Positions 38,762 through 46,259 of a DNA stretch of 46,259 nt are shown here, in pieces. The stretch's first letter is position 1. The number at the start of each line of letters is the position of its first letter. The notes below the pieces were generated by a model, which made no database searches, was not told the DNA's origin, and saw only the letters and a list, made by a program, of their open reading frames with translations. The stretch comes from Campylobacteraceae bacterium. GTDB taxonomy: Bacteria > Campylobacterota > Campylobacteria > Campylobacterales > Sulfurovaceae. The position numbers and the translations under genes are program-made. Location: contig JALUMR010000022.1 in the NCBI GenBank assembly GCA_027055805.1, forward strand, positions 1 through 46,259, written 5' to 3'.

Positions 38762-38841
38762 GTTTTAATCCTTCTTGTTGTTTGTTATATTTGTTAGCAC
38801 TATGAGCTAAACATGAGAGAATTATAATATAAGGGAAGAGG

Positions 38842-38867
38842 AAAAAAATGCCACTTTAGTAGCATTT
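38842..38867 (-). terminator. Hairpin plus U-tract after the Crp/Fnr gene; also resembles a 22-bp Crp-type site
   Basis: Minus strand AAATGCTAC-TAAA-GTGGCATTT-TTTT with a G.U-compatible mismatch. Confidence 0.55.
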
Positions 38868-38875
38868 GCAGTTTT

Positions 38876-39553
38876 TTAATTAAGAAGCAGTTGTTCCGTA
38901 TTTTCAAGTAGCTTTTTGACATCTTTTACATAGATGTTTTTACGCTGGTTTTCAATCACATTTTCAGCCTCTAACTCTTTTAAGTGTCGCTCGACCACAT
39001 TACGAACCGTTCCTAGAAGTTTGGCTATTTCTGTTTTTGAGAGGTTTTGAAGCAGTTGATAGTAGTGTGCATCATTAGGGTTGATGTTTTGAAGTAACAA
39101 CTTGGAGAGACGCTCAGAGGTAGAATGGAGAGACAAATCAGAAGCCAACTCTTCTGCATGACGCATTTGAGAGGCAATGTAAGGGAAAAAGTGCTGATTA
39201 AACTTTTCATTGGTTTTTAGCCATTCACGCACTTTGGCAATGGGTAGTTCTAATACCTCTGAATTTTCTAAAACTTCATAAAGAACATCATGGGCTTTTC
39301 CATCAAGCAAGATGAGCGTATCAAACATGTCCCCAGCACGATAGATAAAAAGTGTCTGTTCTTTAGCATTTTCAAAATTTATTTGAAAACTTTTAATTTT
39401 TCCCTTTAGTACTATGTAGAAATATTTTGAAAGCTCTCCATTTAGAAAAGGGGTCTCTTTCTTCTTAAAAGAGACTATTTTACCATATTGTAAAAACTGC
39501 TCTTCAAAACTTTGCTCTAAATCTTTAAAAATTTCTATTCCATAGTGTTGCAT
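38876..39553 (-). CDS. Crp/Fnr family transcriptional regulator
   Basis: cNMP-binding-like barrel (FYIVLKGKIK, GDMF) and HTH LSKTEIAKLLGTVRNVVERHL. No Cys, so not an Fe-S FNR. Start moved to MQHY. Confidence 0.9.
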   Translation of the reverse strand: MQHYGIEIFKDLEQSFEEQFLQYGKIVSFKKKETPFLNGELSKYFYIVLKGKIKSFQINFENAKEQTLFIYRAGDMFDTLILLDGKAHDVLYEVLENSEVLELPIAKVREWLKTNEKFNQHFFPYIASQMRHAEELASDLSLHSTSERLSKLLLQNINPNDAHYYQLLQNLSKTEIAKLLGTVRNVVERHLKELEAENVIENQRKNIYVKDVKKLLENTEQLLLN

Positions 39554-39644
39554 TTTATCTCTTTTGTTCTTAAATTTGTATATTATATCCATTTAAAACT
39601 ATTTAAGTCGTAAATTATATAGACTACTTAATCCAATAAAACCT

Positions 39645-40661
39645 CTACTGTATAAATTCCATTTTTCTTTTTAAAACAAACCGACACCCACCCTCATAAG
39701 AATCATCTAAAAACAATTCATAACCGTTGTTTTCAGCCAAATTACGAGCAATGGAAAGCCCCAAACCAAAACCAGACTTCTCTCGGTTACGACTCTCATC
39801 TAAAGCAACAAAAGGTTCAAAAATACGCTCTCTATCTTTTTTTACTATGCCTATGCCTGTATCTTGTACACTAATAGAGTTTTTATCTGCTATTAGAGTA
39901 ATTGTTCCATTGTTAGTGAATTTAGTTGCATTATGTAAAAGGTTTACCAAAATCTTTTTAAGTGCCATACGATTAAACTCTATCTGTAAAGTATCAGAGA
40001 TAAGACACTTTAACTTCACAGGGTTTTCAACGCGAATCAAAGGACAAACATCAGCATGTATAAACGCTTTTAATAAAAATGTCTCTTTGGCTTCTACCAG
40101 CTCGTGAGACTCAATATATCCAATAACATCGGATGAGAGTTCATTGATGTAGGCTGTCTCTTTTTTTAATATACCAATGGCTCTTGGCATATCTTCTTCA
40201 CCTACCATGTTGTCTTCAAACTCTTCAAGATAACCATCAATAATGGTCAAGGGTGTTTTAATGTCATGAGAGAGTGAAAGTATGAGATTGTTCAGATTTT
40301 TATTTCTATTTTTTAACTCCAAAATCGAGTGTTCTAAACGCGTAGAGAGTTGCTTGATAGATGTATGGATATGGTTAATATCGACTATTTTGTCCGTATA
40401 ATTCTCTTCTAAAAAACGATTTTCACTAATGGCATCTAAACACTGATTAATCGCCTCAAACTTCTTAGAAAAGTAGTTCCCCATAAAGTAACTAAACAGT
40501 CCAATAAGGGGTAAGGTCACTAAAATAGTTAACCCTATCTCTGAGAGCATGGTCATACCAATAGGCACATCTATGATAAGGTAGGTCATAATGGCTGTAA
40601 ACAGGGCAATCAAAAACCCAGCCAAACCATACATAAATATCAAAAAGTTTTTAATCTTCAT
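39645..40661 (-). CDS. Sensor histidine kinase with a very short periplasmic loop (intramembrane-sensing type)
   Basis: SHDIKTPL, NLLHNATKF, DTGIGI and GFGLGL; two closely spaced TMs. Start moved to MKIK, overlapping the regulator stop. Confidence 0.92.
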   Translation of the reverse strand: MKIKNFLIFMYGLAGFLIALFTAIMTYLIIDVPIGMTMLSEIGLTILVTLPLIGLFSYFMGNYFSKKFEAINQCLDAISENRFLEENYTDKIVDINHIHTSIKQLSTRLEHSILELKNRNKNLNNLILSLSHDIKTPLTIIDGYLEEFEDNMVGEEDMPRAIGILKKETAYINELSSDVIGYIESHELVEAKETFLLKAFIHADVCPLIRVENPVKLKCLISDTLQIEFNRMALKKILVNLLHNATKFTNNGTITLIADKNSISVQDTGIGIVKKDRERIFEPFVALDESRNREKSGFGLGLSIARNLAENNGYELFLDDSYEGGCRFVLKRKMEFIQ

Positions 40662-41334
40662 AAAGTGTATACCCCACATTTCTTACCGTTTTAATTATCT
40701 CTTCATCACTATAAAGAGCAATTTTTTTACGCAGTTGATAGATATGTGTACCTATCCCTTTTTTATCTATGTTTCCAATGTTATTATTGTACAATATCTG
40801 CGACAATTCCTCTTTAGAAAAGACCTTTTTAGGGGTCGAGTAAAGTGTCTCTAAAATAGTATATTCACTAACGGTTAAAGTTAAAGGGTGATTTTGAACA
40901 TAAAAACGTTTTAACGCTTCATGATGCTCTAACATGGCAAAAGTAACATCTTCTACTTGCGTTAACTCAGAGCGTCTTTTTAGTAAAGAGCTTATCTTTA
41001 AAGCCACCATCTTAGGAGAAAAAGGTTTAGCTATGTAATCATCAGCCCCAAGAGCGTAAGCTTTCTCTTTTTTCTCGTCAATATCCAATGCAGAGACAAT
41101 AATAATGAGTGAATCTTTATGCCGTTTACGTACCTCATCACAAAGGGTTAAGCCATCAACTGAGGGCAACATAATGTCCAAAGAGAGTAAATCAAAGCGT
41201 TCATTTTGAATCAATTTTAATGCTTCATCTCCATTGTACGCCACACTTACATCGTAAATGTTAGCATCTAAACGATTTTGTATAAGCTTGACAATCTCCG
41301 GTTCATCTTCGACGATTAGTATTTTGTATTTCAT
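40651..41334 (-). CDS. OmpR-family response regulator
   Basis: VEDE, LDIMLP..DG, GADDYIAKPF and IKTVRNVGY. Confidence 0.94.
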   Translation of the reverse strand: MKYKILIVEDEPEIVKLIQNRLDANIYDVSVAYNGDEALKLIQNERFDLLSLDIMLPSVDGLTLCDEVRKRHKDSLIIIVSALDIDEKKEKAYALGADDYIAKPFSPKMVALKISSLLKRRSELTQVEDVTFAMLEHHEALKRFYVQNHPLTLTVSEYTILETLYSTPKKVFSKEELSQILYNNNIGNIDKKGIGTHIYQLRKKIALYSDEEIIKTVRNVGYTLYED

Positions 41335-41871
41335 CTATTCAAAAGTGTTTTGTAATTTGGTAAACAAAAAGTCATTCTCTTTTGCCACAGAGTGACAAGC
41401 AATACAACCTTTAGTTCCTTTACTCCAAGCTTCAAACTTACCATCTTTTTTAATAAACCTAGCATAACCCCAATTGTCTCCATTGGCATCAAAGTTCTTT
41501 GAATCTTTCACCATATACTCCACTCTCTGAATTTTATCTGCTTCTAAAGCCTTAGGGAAAAGTCCCATCTTCTTAACCGACCAACCAATCTTAACGATTT
41601 TAGACTCCTTAGGCATCACCTTTAGTTTATCTTTTAAAGCATTATACCCAATAGGATTGGCTAAAATATATCGCAATTCATTTTTGTCAGTTCTAAAATG
41701 AGTTGCAACTATTTTATAGTCTTGGTAGCCCTCTATCATCTCAAAAGTTAAGTTGTTGTCAGGCATTTTTAGCATTGGTAACTTTGTGTTGTGGGTTAGG
41801 TAAATGTTACTTGCGTAAGCTACTCCAACGATGAGGGTGGATAGTAGTGTGATTTTTGTTAGATTTTTCAT
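41335..41871 (-). CDS. Periplasmic cytochrome P460/c'-beta family protein
   Basis: Signal peptide; ELRYILAN, KIVK, VEYMVKDS..F, NWGYARF and C-terminal CIACH...DFLF. Confidence 0.82.
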   Translation of the reverse strand: MKNLTKITLLSTLIVGVAYASNIYLTHNTKLPMLKMPDNNLTFEMIEGYQDYKIVATHFRTDKNELRYILANPIGYNALKDKLKVMPKESKIVKIGWSVKKMGLFPKALEADKIQRVEYMVKDSKNFDANGDNWGYARFIKKDGKFEAWSKGTKGCIACHSVAKENDFLFTKLQNTFE

Positions 41872-41900
41872 GGGTTACTCCGTTTAATTTTAATAAGTAG

Positions 41901-41935
41901 AGTATATAAGAACTATATCAAGATAGTATCAAGAT
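41901..41935 (-). promoter_or_regulatory. Promoter with a tandem direct-repeat box upstream of the P460-RR-HK operon
   Basis: Minus strand ATCTTGATA-ct-ATCTTGATA-N9-TATACT. Confidence 0.7.
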
Positions 41936-41972
41936 GATGTAAAAATTAGAATAAATATAAAGTGATTTTACT

Positions 41973-41998
41973 TGTGACGAAGCTTTATCCTCGCCACA
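41973..41998. repeat. Degenerate REP-like hairpin
   Basis: TGTGACGAAG-CTTTAT-CCTCGCCACA; imperfect arms around a TTTA loop like the MITE-internal hairpins. Confidence 0.35.
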
Positions 41999-42046
41999 TT
42001 TAGGGGATGGAATAATTTTATAGTTATTATTTTAGTTCTTAACAAA

Positions 42047-42697
42047 CTAATCTTTAATACAACGAACAGAACGACCATTACCTGTATCGGAACTTATACT
42101 CTCTGATAAGATACTTGTCTCGCTACTTGGATAAACTAGTTTTCCATTGGTAAAAGTAGGATAATTGTTTACAACGTTTCTTCTAAATGCTTTTGCATCA
42201 TTACCTAAAAATACTGGAGTAGAAGACCATAGAGTCAAATCTCTTTTTTCTCCAGATATTACATTTGGAAGTTTTGCCTTTCTTTCACCAGCAAATGGTA
42301 ATTTTAGAAAATTATTAGCTATTTCGTTATTCGATAAGGTATTCAATCTTTCATCTTCAATTTCTGAAATTGTTGGTACTCTATAACTTACAGGACACAC
42401 AAAATCTCCAGAAGTGCTTTCCCAACGAGAACGCATTGTTCCAACTGTTTTAGCATTTGTCCAGTCATCATTAGAGAAGTAACTACCATCTTCGGGGTCA
42501 TCTTTCATGAATTTGTCAGATTTTTCAAGTAAATCAATTGTTCCATCTACTGCTTGACTAGTTCGTAATTGATGTCCATCAGAACCTCTTCCCCACTGAT
42601 AATAATCCCCAAAACAAGCTTTATCAGTTGTGCTTTCACAAACTTTTTTTGCACCTATGTTTCTATCTAGCCAAATTCTACTTGTAACAAGATTGCA
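42047..42697 (-). pseudogene. 5'-truncated fragment of a FISUMP (Fib_succ_major)-like surface protein domain
   Basis: The frame stays open 63 codons upstream of the listed ATG (IWLDRNIGA...CFGDYYQWGRGSDGH) up to a TGA at 42698-42700, with no plausible start. Downstream motifs CPVSYRVPT..E, LKLPFAGER, WSST and SVRCIKD. Confidence 0.72.
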
Positions 42698-42725
42698 TCA
42701 AGAAAGAACATAAAATAATATCTAT

Positions 42726-43478
42726 TCAAAACTTTCGGTTAATATTAAACCCAAAATGCATATCATTATTATCTGTACCAAGAGCCATGGTTCTAGCATC
42801 CATGTTACTAGAGTTAGTAGCTAATACCTCAAAATGGTGTCCATAAGTTTGAAACTTCACACCAAAAGCATAGGCATCATTTTTACCTGAAACACCTTCA
42901 ATTTTATCAACTTGTGGATAATACTCAGCCAACAATGAAACCTGTTCAGTAAAAGTTAAAAATGACATAAAGTTATTAACATTTAAGTCAGCACCAAAAC
43001 CAAAAATTTGATGTTCATAAAAACCATCATACCCCATATTGGCAGTAAAGTTTAAATGGTTAAAATAGTTAGGTGTTTGCAATGAACCATTGAGCATATA
43101 ACTTTTTTGAGTATCTTCAAAATTTGCATTATTTATTCTAAAGCCATTAACACGTACTCCTGCTTTTATCCAATCAAAATCATGGGCATACTCAACTCCT
43201 ATACCATAAGCATTTTCGGCTCGGGTATGGTCAACACCAACCAAAAGGTTGTCAGATACGGCATACTTAAGAGCCAAATACATATTGCCACCATCATCCA
43301 TACCAAAAAACTTTTCAGCATCATCTATCTCACCGTAAAAACGGTGACGAATATTGAAGGAGCCTTCATTTTTCTTCAAAACATTTGGTGTATCTAAGCT
43401 CAACTGTCCTGCTTCAAATGCCATAAGAGATTGACTCATTAAAAGTATAGAGCCTATTGTAATAATTTTTTTCATCAT
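42726..43478 (-). CDS. Outer-membrane beta-barrel (DUF5777-like)
   Basis: Signal peptide; IRHRFYG, FFGMDDG, TYGHHFE...TNS and C-terminal FGFNINRKF. Confidence 0.78.
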   Translation of the reverse strand: MMKKIITIGSILLMSQSLMAFEAGQLSLDTPNVLKKNEGSFNIRHRFYGEIDDAEKFFGMDDGGNMYLALKYAVSDNLLVGVDHTRAENAYGIGVEYAHDFDWIKAGVRVNGFRINNANFEDTQKSYMLNGSLQTPNYFNHLNFTANMGYDGFYEHQIFGFGADLNVNNFMSFLTFTEQVSLLAEYYPQVDKIEGVSGKNDAYAFGVKFQTYGHHFEVLATNSSNMDARTMALGTDNNDMHFGFNINRKF

Positions 43479-43481
43479 AAC

Positions 43482-44549
43482 CTACTTTTTCAATGTTGCT
43501 ACAAAAGCACTAAGGTTAATAATTGCTTCGTCAGAGAGTCCACTAGCCACAGAAACCATTGCTGAATTTCGGTTGTTGGGGTTGCCATTATCTCGCATAT
43601 CTTTTAACTTTTTTGTAATAAGTTCAGCGTCTCCATACCTTGCAATAATATTGTCAACACCTAAAGGTTTAGTTTGTCCATCAGCACCATGACAACTAGA
43701 ACATTTAGCAGGATTTGTAAAAATAACTTTTCCTTTTTCTACAGCTTCAGCAGTATAAGGAGAAGCTACTACCGTAGATGTTTTTTGTGCTGAAATTTCA
43801 ACCACATGCCAAACACCTTTTACCCAATCACCTTTTGTCACACCCGATTTTTTAGCATCTGGAGTAAAATAATAAAGAGGTTTTCCTTTATACGCTGTCT
43901 GTTTTAAAACGCCTGTTTTGGACTTATTCGCATCACGAGAAATAGTTGTAAAATCAGATGTTTTTAAAGTAGTGGGAACACTCTGAACATTTGAATTATA
44001 ATAGATAGGCCAAGTCTCTTCACAAGCTCCATAACAATTACTTACTCCTTCTGTATCTTTATCAAAGGTATACAAAGTTCTTCCATCTTTATCGGTTAAG
44101 TATGTTTGAGTCATTGTCTCTGCTGAATATTCAGTTTGTGAATCATTGGAACTTTTAGGAGCATAGAGTAAATGCCAAACATTTTTAATATTATCACCGT
44201 TTACATTACCTATTGCATTATCATTTACAAAGTAATAAAGAGGATGTTTCCTATATGCCAAATGGTCTGTACCATCAAGGACTTTTATATCTTCACTCGT
44301 GGTGTTAGCACCTACAAAAAGTGGCCATATTTTTTGACACTCAGCATCGCAATTACTTTGGTTTAAAGTATCTTTATCAAAGGTATAGAGACTCATACCA
44401 TCTGTATCGGTTAAAAAGTTTACAGTTCTGTTTAGTGATTTTAAACGGTTGTTATCATTATTTGAATCTTTTGATGAATAGGTATCACCACAGCCTATAA
44501 GTGTTAAAGTTACTAAAGATAGCAATCCTGTTTTGGTTAAAGTTGTCAT
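43482..44549 (-). CDS. Lipoprotein with duplicated COG4315/Lipoprotein_15 repeats fused to a C-terminal cytochrome c domain
   Basis: Lipobox LIG-C; two copies of LTD.DG..LYTFDKD...SNC...C...WP...PLYYF..D...GD....VWH; CSSCH with a distal Met candidate (SAM). Confidence 0.85.
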   Translation of the reverse strand: MTTLTKTGLLSLVTLTLIGCGDTYSSKDSNNDNNRLKSLNRTVNFLTDTDGMSLYTFDKDTLNQSNCDAECQKIWPLFVGANTTSEDIKVLDGTDHLAYRKHPLYYFVNDNAIGNVNGDNIKNVWHLLYAPKSSNDSQTEYSAETMTQTYLTDKDGRTLYTFDKDTEGVSNCYGACEETWPIYYNSNVQSVPTTLKTSDFTTISRDANKSKTGVLKQTAYKGKPLYYFTPDAKKSGVTKGDWVKGVWHVVEISAQKTSTVVASPYTAEAVEKGKVIFTNPAKCSSCHGADGQTKPLGVDNIIARYGDAELITKKLKDMRDNGNPNNRNSAMVSVASGLSDEAIINLSAFVATLKK

Positions 44550-44581
44550 ATGGACTCCATTTATAATTTATTTGTAACTGA

Positions 44582-44616
44582 AGTATATGAAGAGTTTATC
44601 AAGATTGTGTGAAGAT
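44582..44616 (-). promoter_or_regulatory. Promoter with the same direct-repeat box upstream of the lipoprotein-barrel operon
   Basis: Minus strand ATCTTCACA-ca-ATCTTGATA-N9-TATACT. Confidence 0.7.
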
Positions 44617-44662
44617 TATTTATACCATTATTTAATTTTCTTCTATTACATCTCTTCTAAAT

Positions 44663-45589
44663 TTAGTGAAAATCCAATAACCCCTTTAGTTTCTTCTCTA
44701 AACTTTTTTTAACCAACTTCTTCAAAGGGCGAGGGTACATTACACGAATTTTGGGTAACCACTTAATTACCAACTCCTCTAGCTCTTTTAGGTTGGATAC
44801 TTTGTACTGTACCTCTATGTCTCCATTGTCAAAATGGGCCACGACCTCTTGGCTGGGTAGATACTTTTTCAAGATAAAATAATGGCGAATAGAACTGTCA
44901 ACACGTAGACGAACGGTAGTTTCGTCTCTGCCAAAAACAGCCCAAGGTGTTTGAATACGTTTTATAAAATCTACTATGTCTTTATGTACAAAAAAAGTTT
45001 TTTTAGTAGCTATAACTTCGTCAACTAAGGAGATACGTAAAAATTCAAAATTAGATTTACTAACATTTTTACCTACGATGTAGAAGTTCTCGTTAAGAAA
45101 AAGTATTTTGTAGGGGTGAAAGTTTCGCTTCCCCACAAAGCGTTCTGTTCTATAGACTATCTTCACCTCTTTATTAAATTTAATAGCATGTTCAAGCTGT
45201 TTAATGACTTCTCTATTTTTCATGTTCTCAAAGGGGCGTGATTTAAAGTCATAAACGGACATAGATTTTTTAATGAGTGCTTGAGTTTTATCTGAAATAA
45301 CCGACTCTTTAGAAGTAATACCAAAGATATTGACGATGTTTGCCAAAGTCATCAAATCAGTAGCAGAAAGCACCTCTTCAAGAAGTACCTTTTTATAAGC
45401 TTGATAACACTCACCCTCTTTAGACATAAAATCTCCAAAAAGTTCACGTATCAGCTCAAAATCACGCCGAATGGTTCGGTCACTTACCTCATATATTTGA
45501 GAGAGTTGCGTAACACAGAGCTTTTTACCTTCGTTGAGGTGTTTTAAAATTTCTATGGTTCGGTATAGGCTTGATTTTTGGCTCATCAT
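44663..45589 (-). CDS. HTH-WYL(-WCX) transcriptional regulator
   Basis: N-terminal HTH YEVSDRTIRRD; WYL core FHPYKILF...FYIVG...FLRISLV; C-terminal WLPKIRVMYP. The start may be the second ATG (45586). Confidence 0.9.
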   Translation of the reverse strand: MMSQKSSLYRTIEILKHLNEGKKLCVTQLSQIYEVSDRTIRRDFELIRELFGDFMSKEGECYQAYKKVLLEEVLSATDLMTLANIVNIFGITSKESVISDKTQALIKKSMSVYDFKSRPFENMKNREVIKQLEHAIKFNKEVKIVYRTERFVGKRNFHPYKILFLNENFYIVGKNVSKSNFEFLRISLVDEVIATKKTFFVHKDIVDFIKRIQTPWAVFGRDETTVRLRVDSSIRHYFILKKYLPSQEVVAHFDNGDIEVQYKVSNLKELEELVIKWLPKIRVMYPRPLKKLVKKSLEKKLKGLLDFH

Positions 45590-45596
45590 TAACTCC

Positions 45597-45624
45597 TTTT
45601 GGACAGTGTACGTCCAAAATTATA
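45597..45624 (-). promoter_or_regulatory. Inverted-repeat operator between the -10 and RBS of the WYL gene
   Basis: TTTTGGAC-N7-GTCCAAAA (45597-45619) abutting the minus-strand TATAAT (45619-45624). Confidence 0.65.
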
Positions 45625-45685
45625 TCGTTTTAAACCCTACTATTTCCCTTTAGCATGTTTACATGTTTTTTTCACTTAGATTCAC

Positions 45686-46018
45686 CTAAAAATTAAAATC
45701 ACTTTTACTTAAATCACGTTTTGAAATAGTATAGCCTTGCATCACTTCATAAACTAAAACATCAGCTTCAATATTTGCTACTGATAATATATGAAGGATT
45801 TTGTCTAAACGTTCAGTAGAGTCTAGTAAAATGGAGACATTGATTTTTGTTATAAAGTCAACAGTATATTGTGCTCCACGATATCCCTCTTTATGTATAT
45901 GTCCTTCACCATACTCTTTAACCTCAAATGTAGAAATTTTCTTAATGCCAATTTCTCTCAATACCTCTTTAACTTCGTCGATTTTATGTTCAAATATTAA
46001 TAGTTCCAGCTTAATCAT
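45686..46018 (-). CDS. Divergent P-II (GlnB/GlnK-like) protein
   Basis: KIDEVKEVL.EIGI and T-loop YRGAQY.VDF..K retained; B-loop and C-loop motifs absent. Confidence 0.8.
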   Translation of the reverse strand: MIKLELLIFEHKIDEVKEVLREIGIKKISTFEVKEYGEGHIHKEGYRGAQYTVDFITKINVSILLDSTERLDKILHILSVANIEADVLVYEVMQGYTISKRDLSKSDFNF

Positions 46019-46177
46019 ATGATTTTCTTTTTGTTAATTTTTTATTTTCAATTATAGCAACAATTAACTTTTAATTTAATCGTTATAATATTTCTATACT
46101 TTTCACTCAATAAAACAAAAAGTTTAAAAAAGAAGCAAGAAATAAGTATAATATCTTTAATTCAAAGGAGATTTAAC

Positions 46178-46259
46178 ATGAAACTTTTAATCCTACTAGG
46201 ACTTTTTTTAGTCCCTATGTTTGCTCAAACAAATATTTGGAAAGGGTATATCGGAAAAA
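46178..46259 (+). CDS. Start of a secreted protein (truncated by window edge)
   Basis: TATAAT and AAGGAG upstream; MKLLILLGLFLVPMFA-QTNIWKGYIG looks like a signal peptide. Confidence 0.65.
   Translation, partial: MKLLILLGLFLVPMFAQTNIWKGYIGK

Noticed and set aside
38794-38810. CIRCE (HrcA) element
   Set aside because: One arm matches TTAGCACT, but the 9-bp spacer of TTAGCACTC-N9-GAGTGCTAA is missing. Kept only as an unexplained palindrome.
3126-46022. Remaining short ORFs overlapping well-supported genes on the opposite strand or in another frame
   Set aside because: No recognisable motifs, and they are largely or fully nested in conserved genes.

Overview
AT-rich chromosomal window from a Campylobacterota bacterium, most likely a Sulfurovum/Sulfurimonas-like chemolithotroph. 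This is inferred from the epsilon-type nuo operon, tRNA-Arg(GCG), mqnP-miaA and the acidic protein-gmk-tatA-argS order. It contains a partial MATE gene, a two-component system (TCS) and a complex I operon whose input module is atypical (repeat-tailed NuoE-like protein, GltD/SfrB-like flavoprotein, two NuoG paralogs with different Fe-S motifs). Next come a variable island of two secreted beta-helix proteins, each followed by a copy of the miaA 3' end, and a housekeeping block. The window ends with a Crp/Fnr-hsp20x3-htpX cluster, an apparently co-regulated cytochrome-lipoprotein/beta-barrel/cytochrome P460/TCS module with a shared promoter box, a WYL regulator and a degenerate P-II. Three nested MITE/REP-like elements are present. 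No CRISPR array, rRNA, transposase or integrase was seen. All calls come from motif recognition by eye; no database searches were run.
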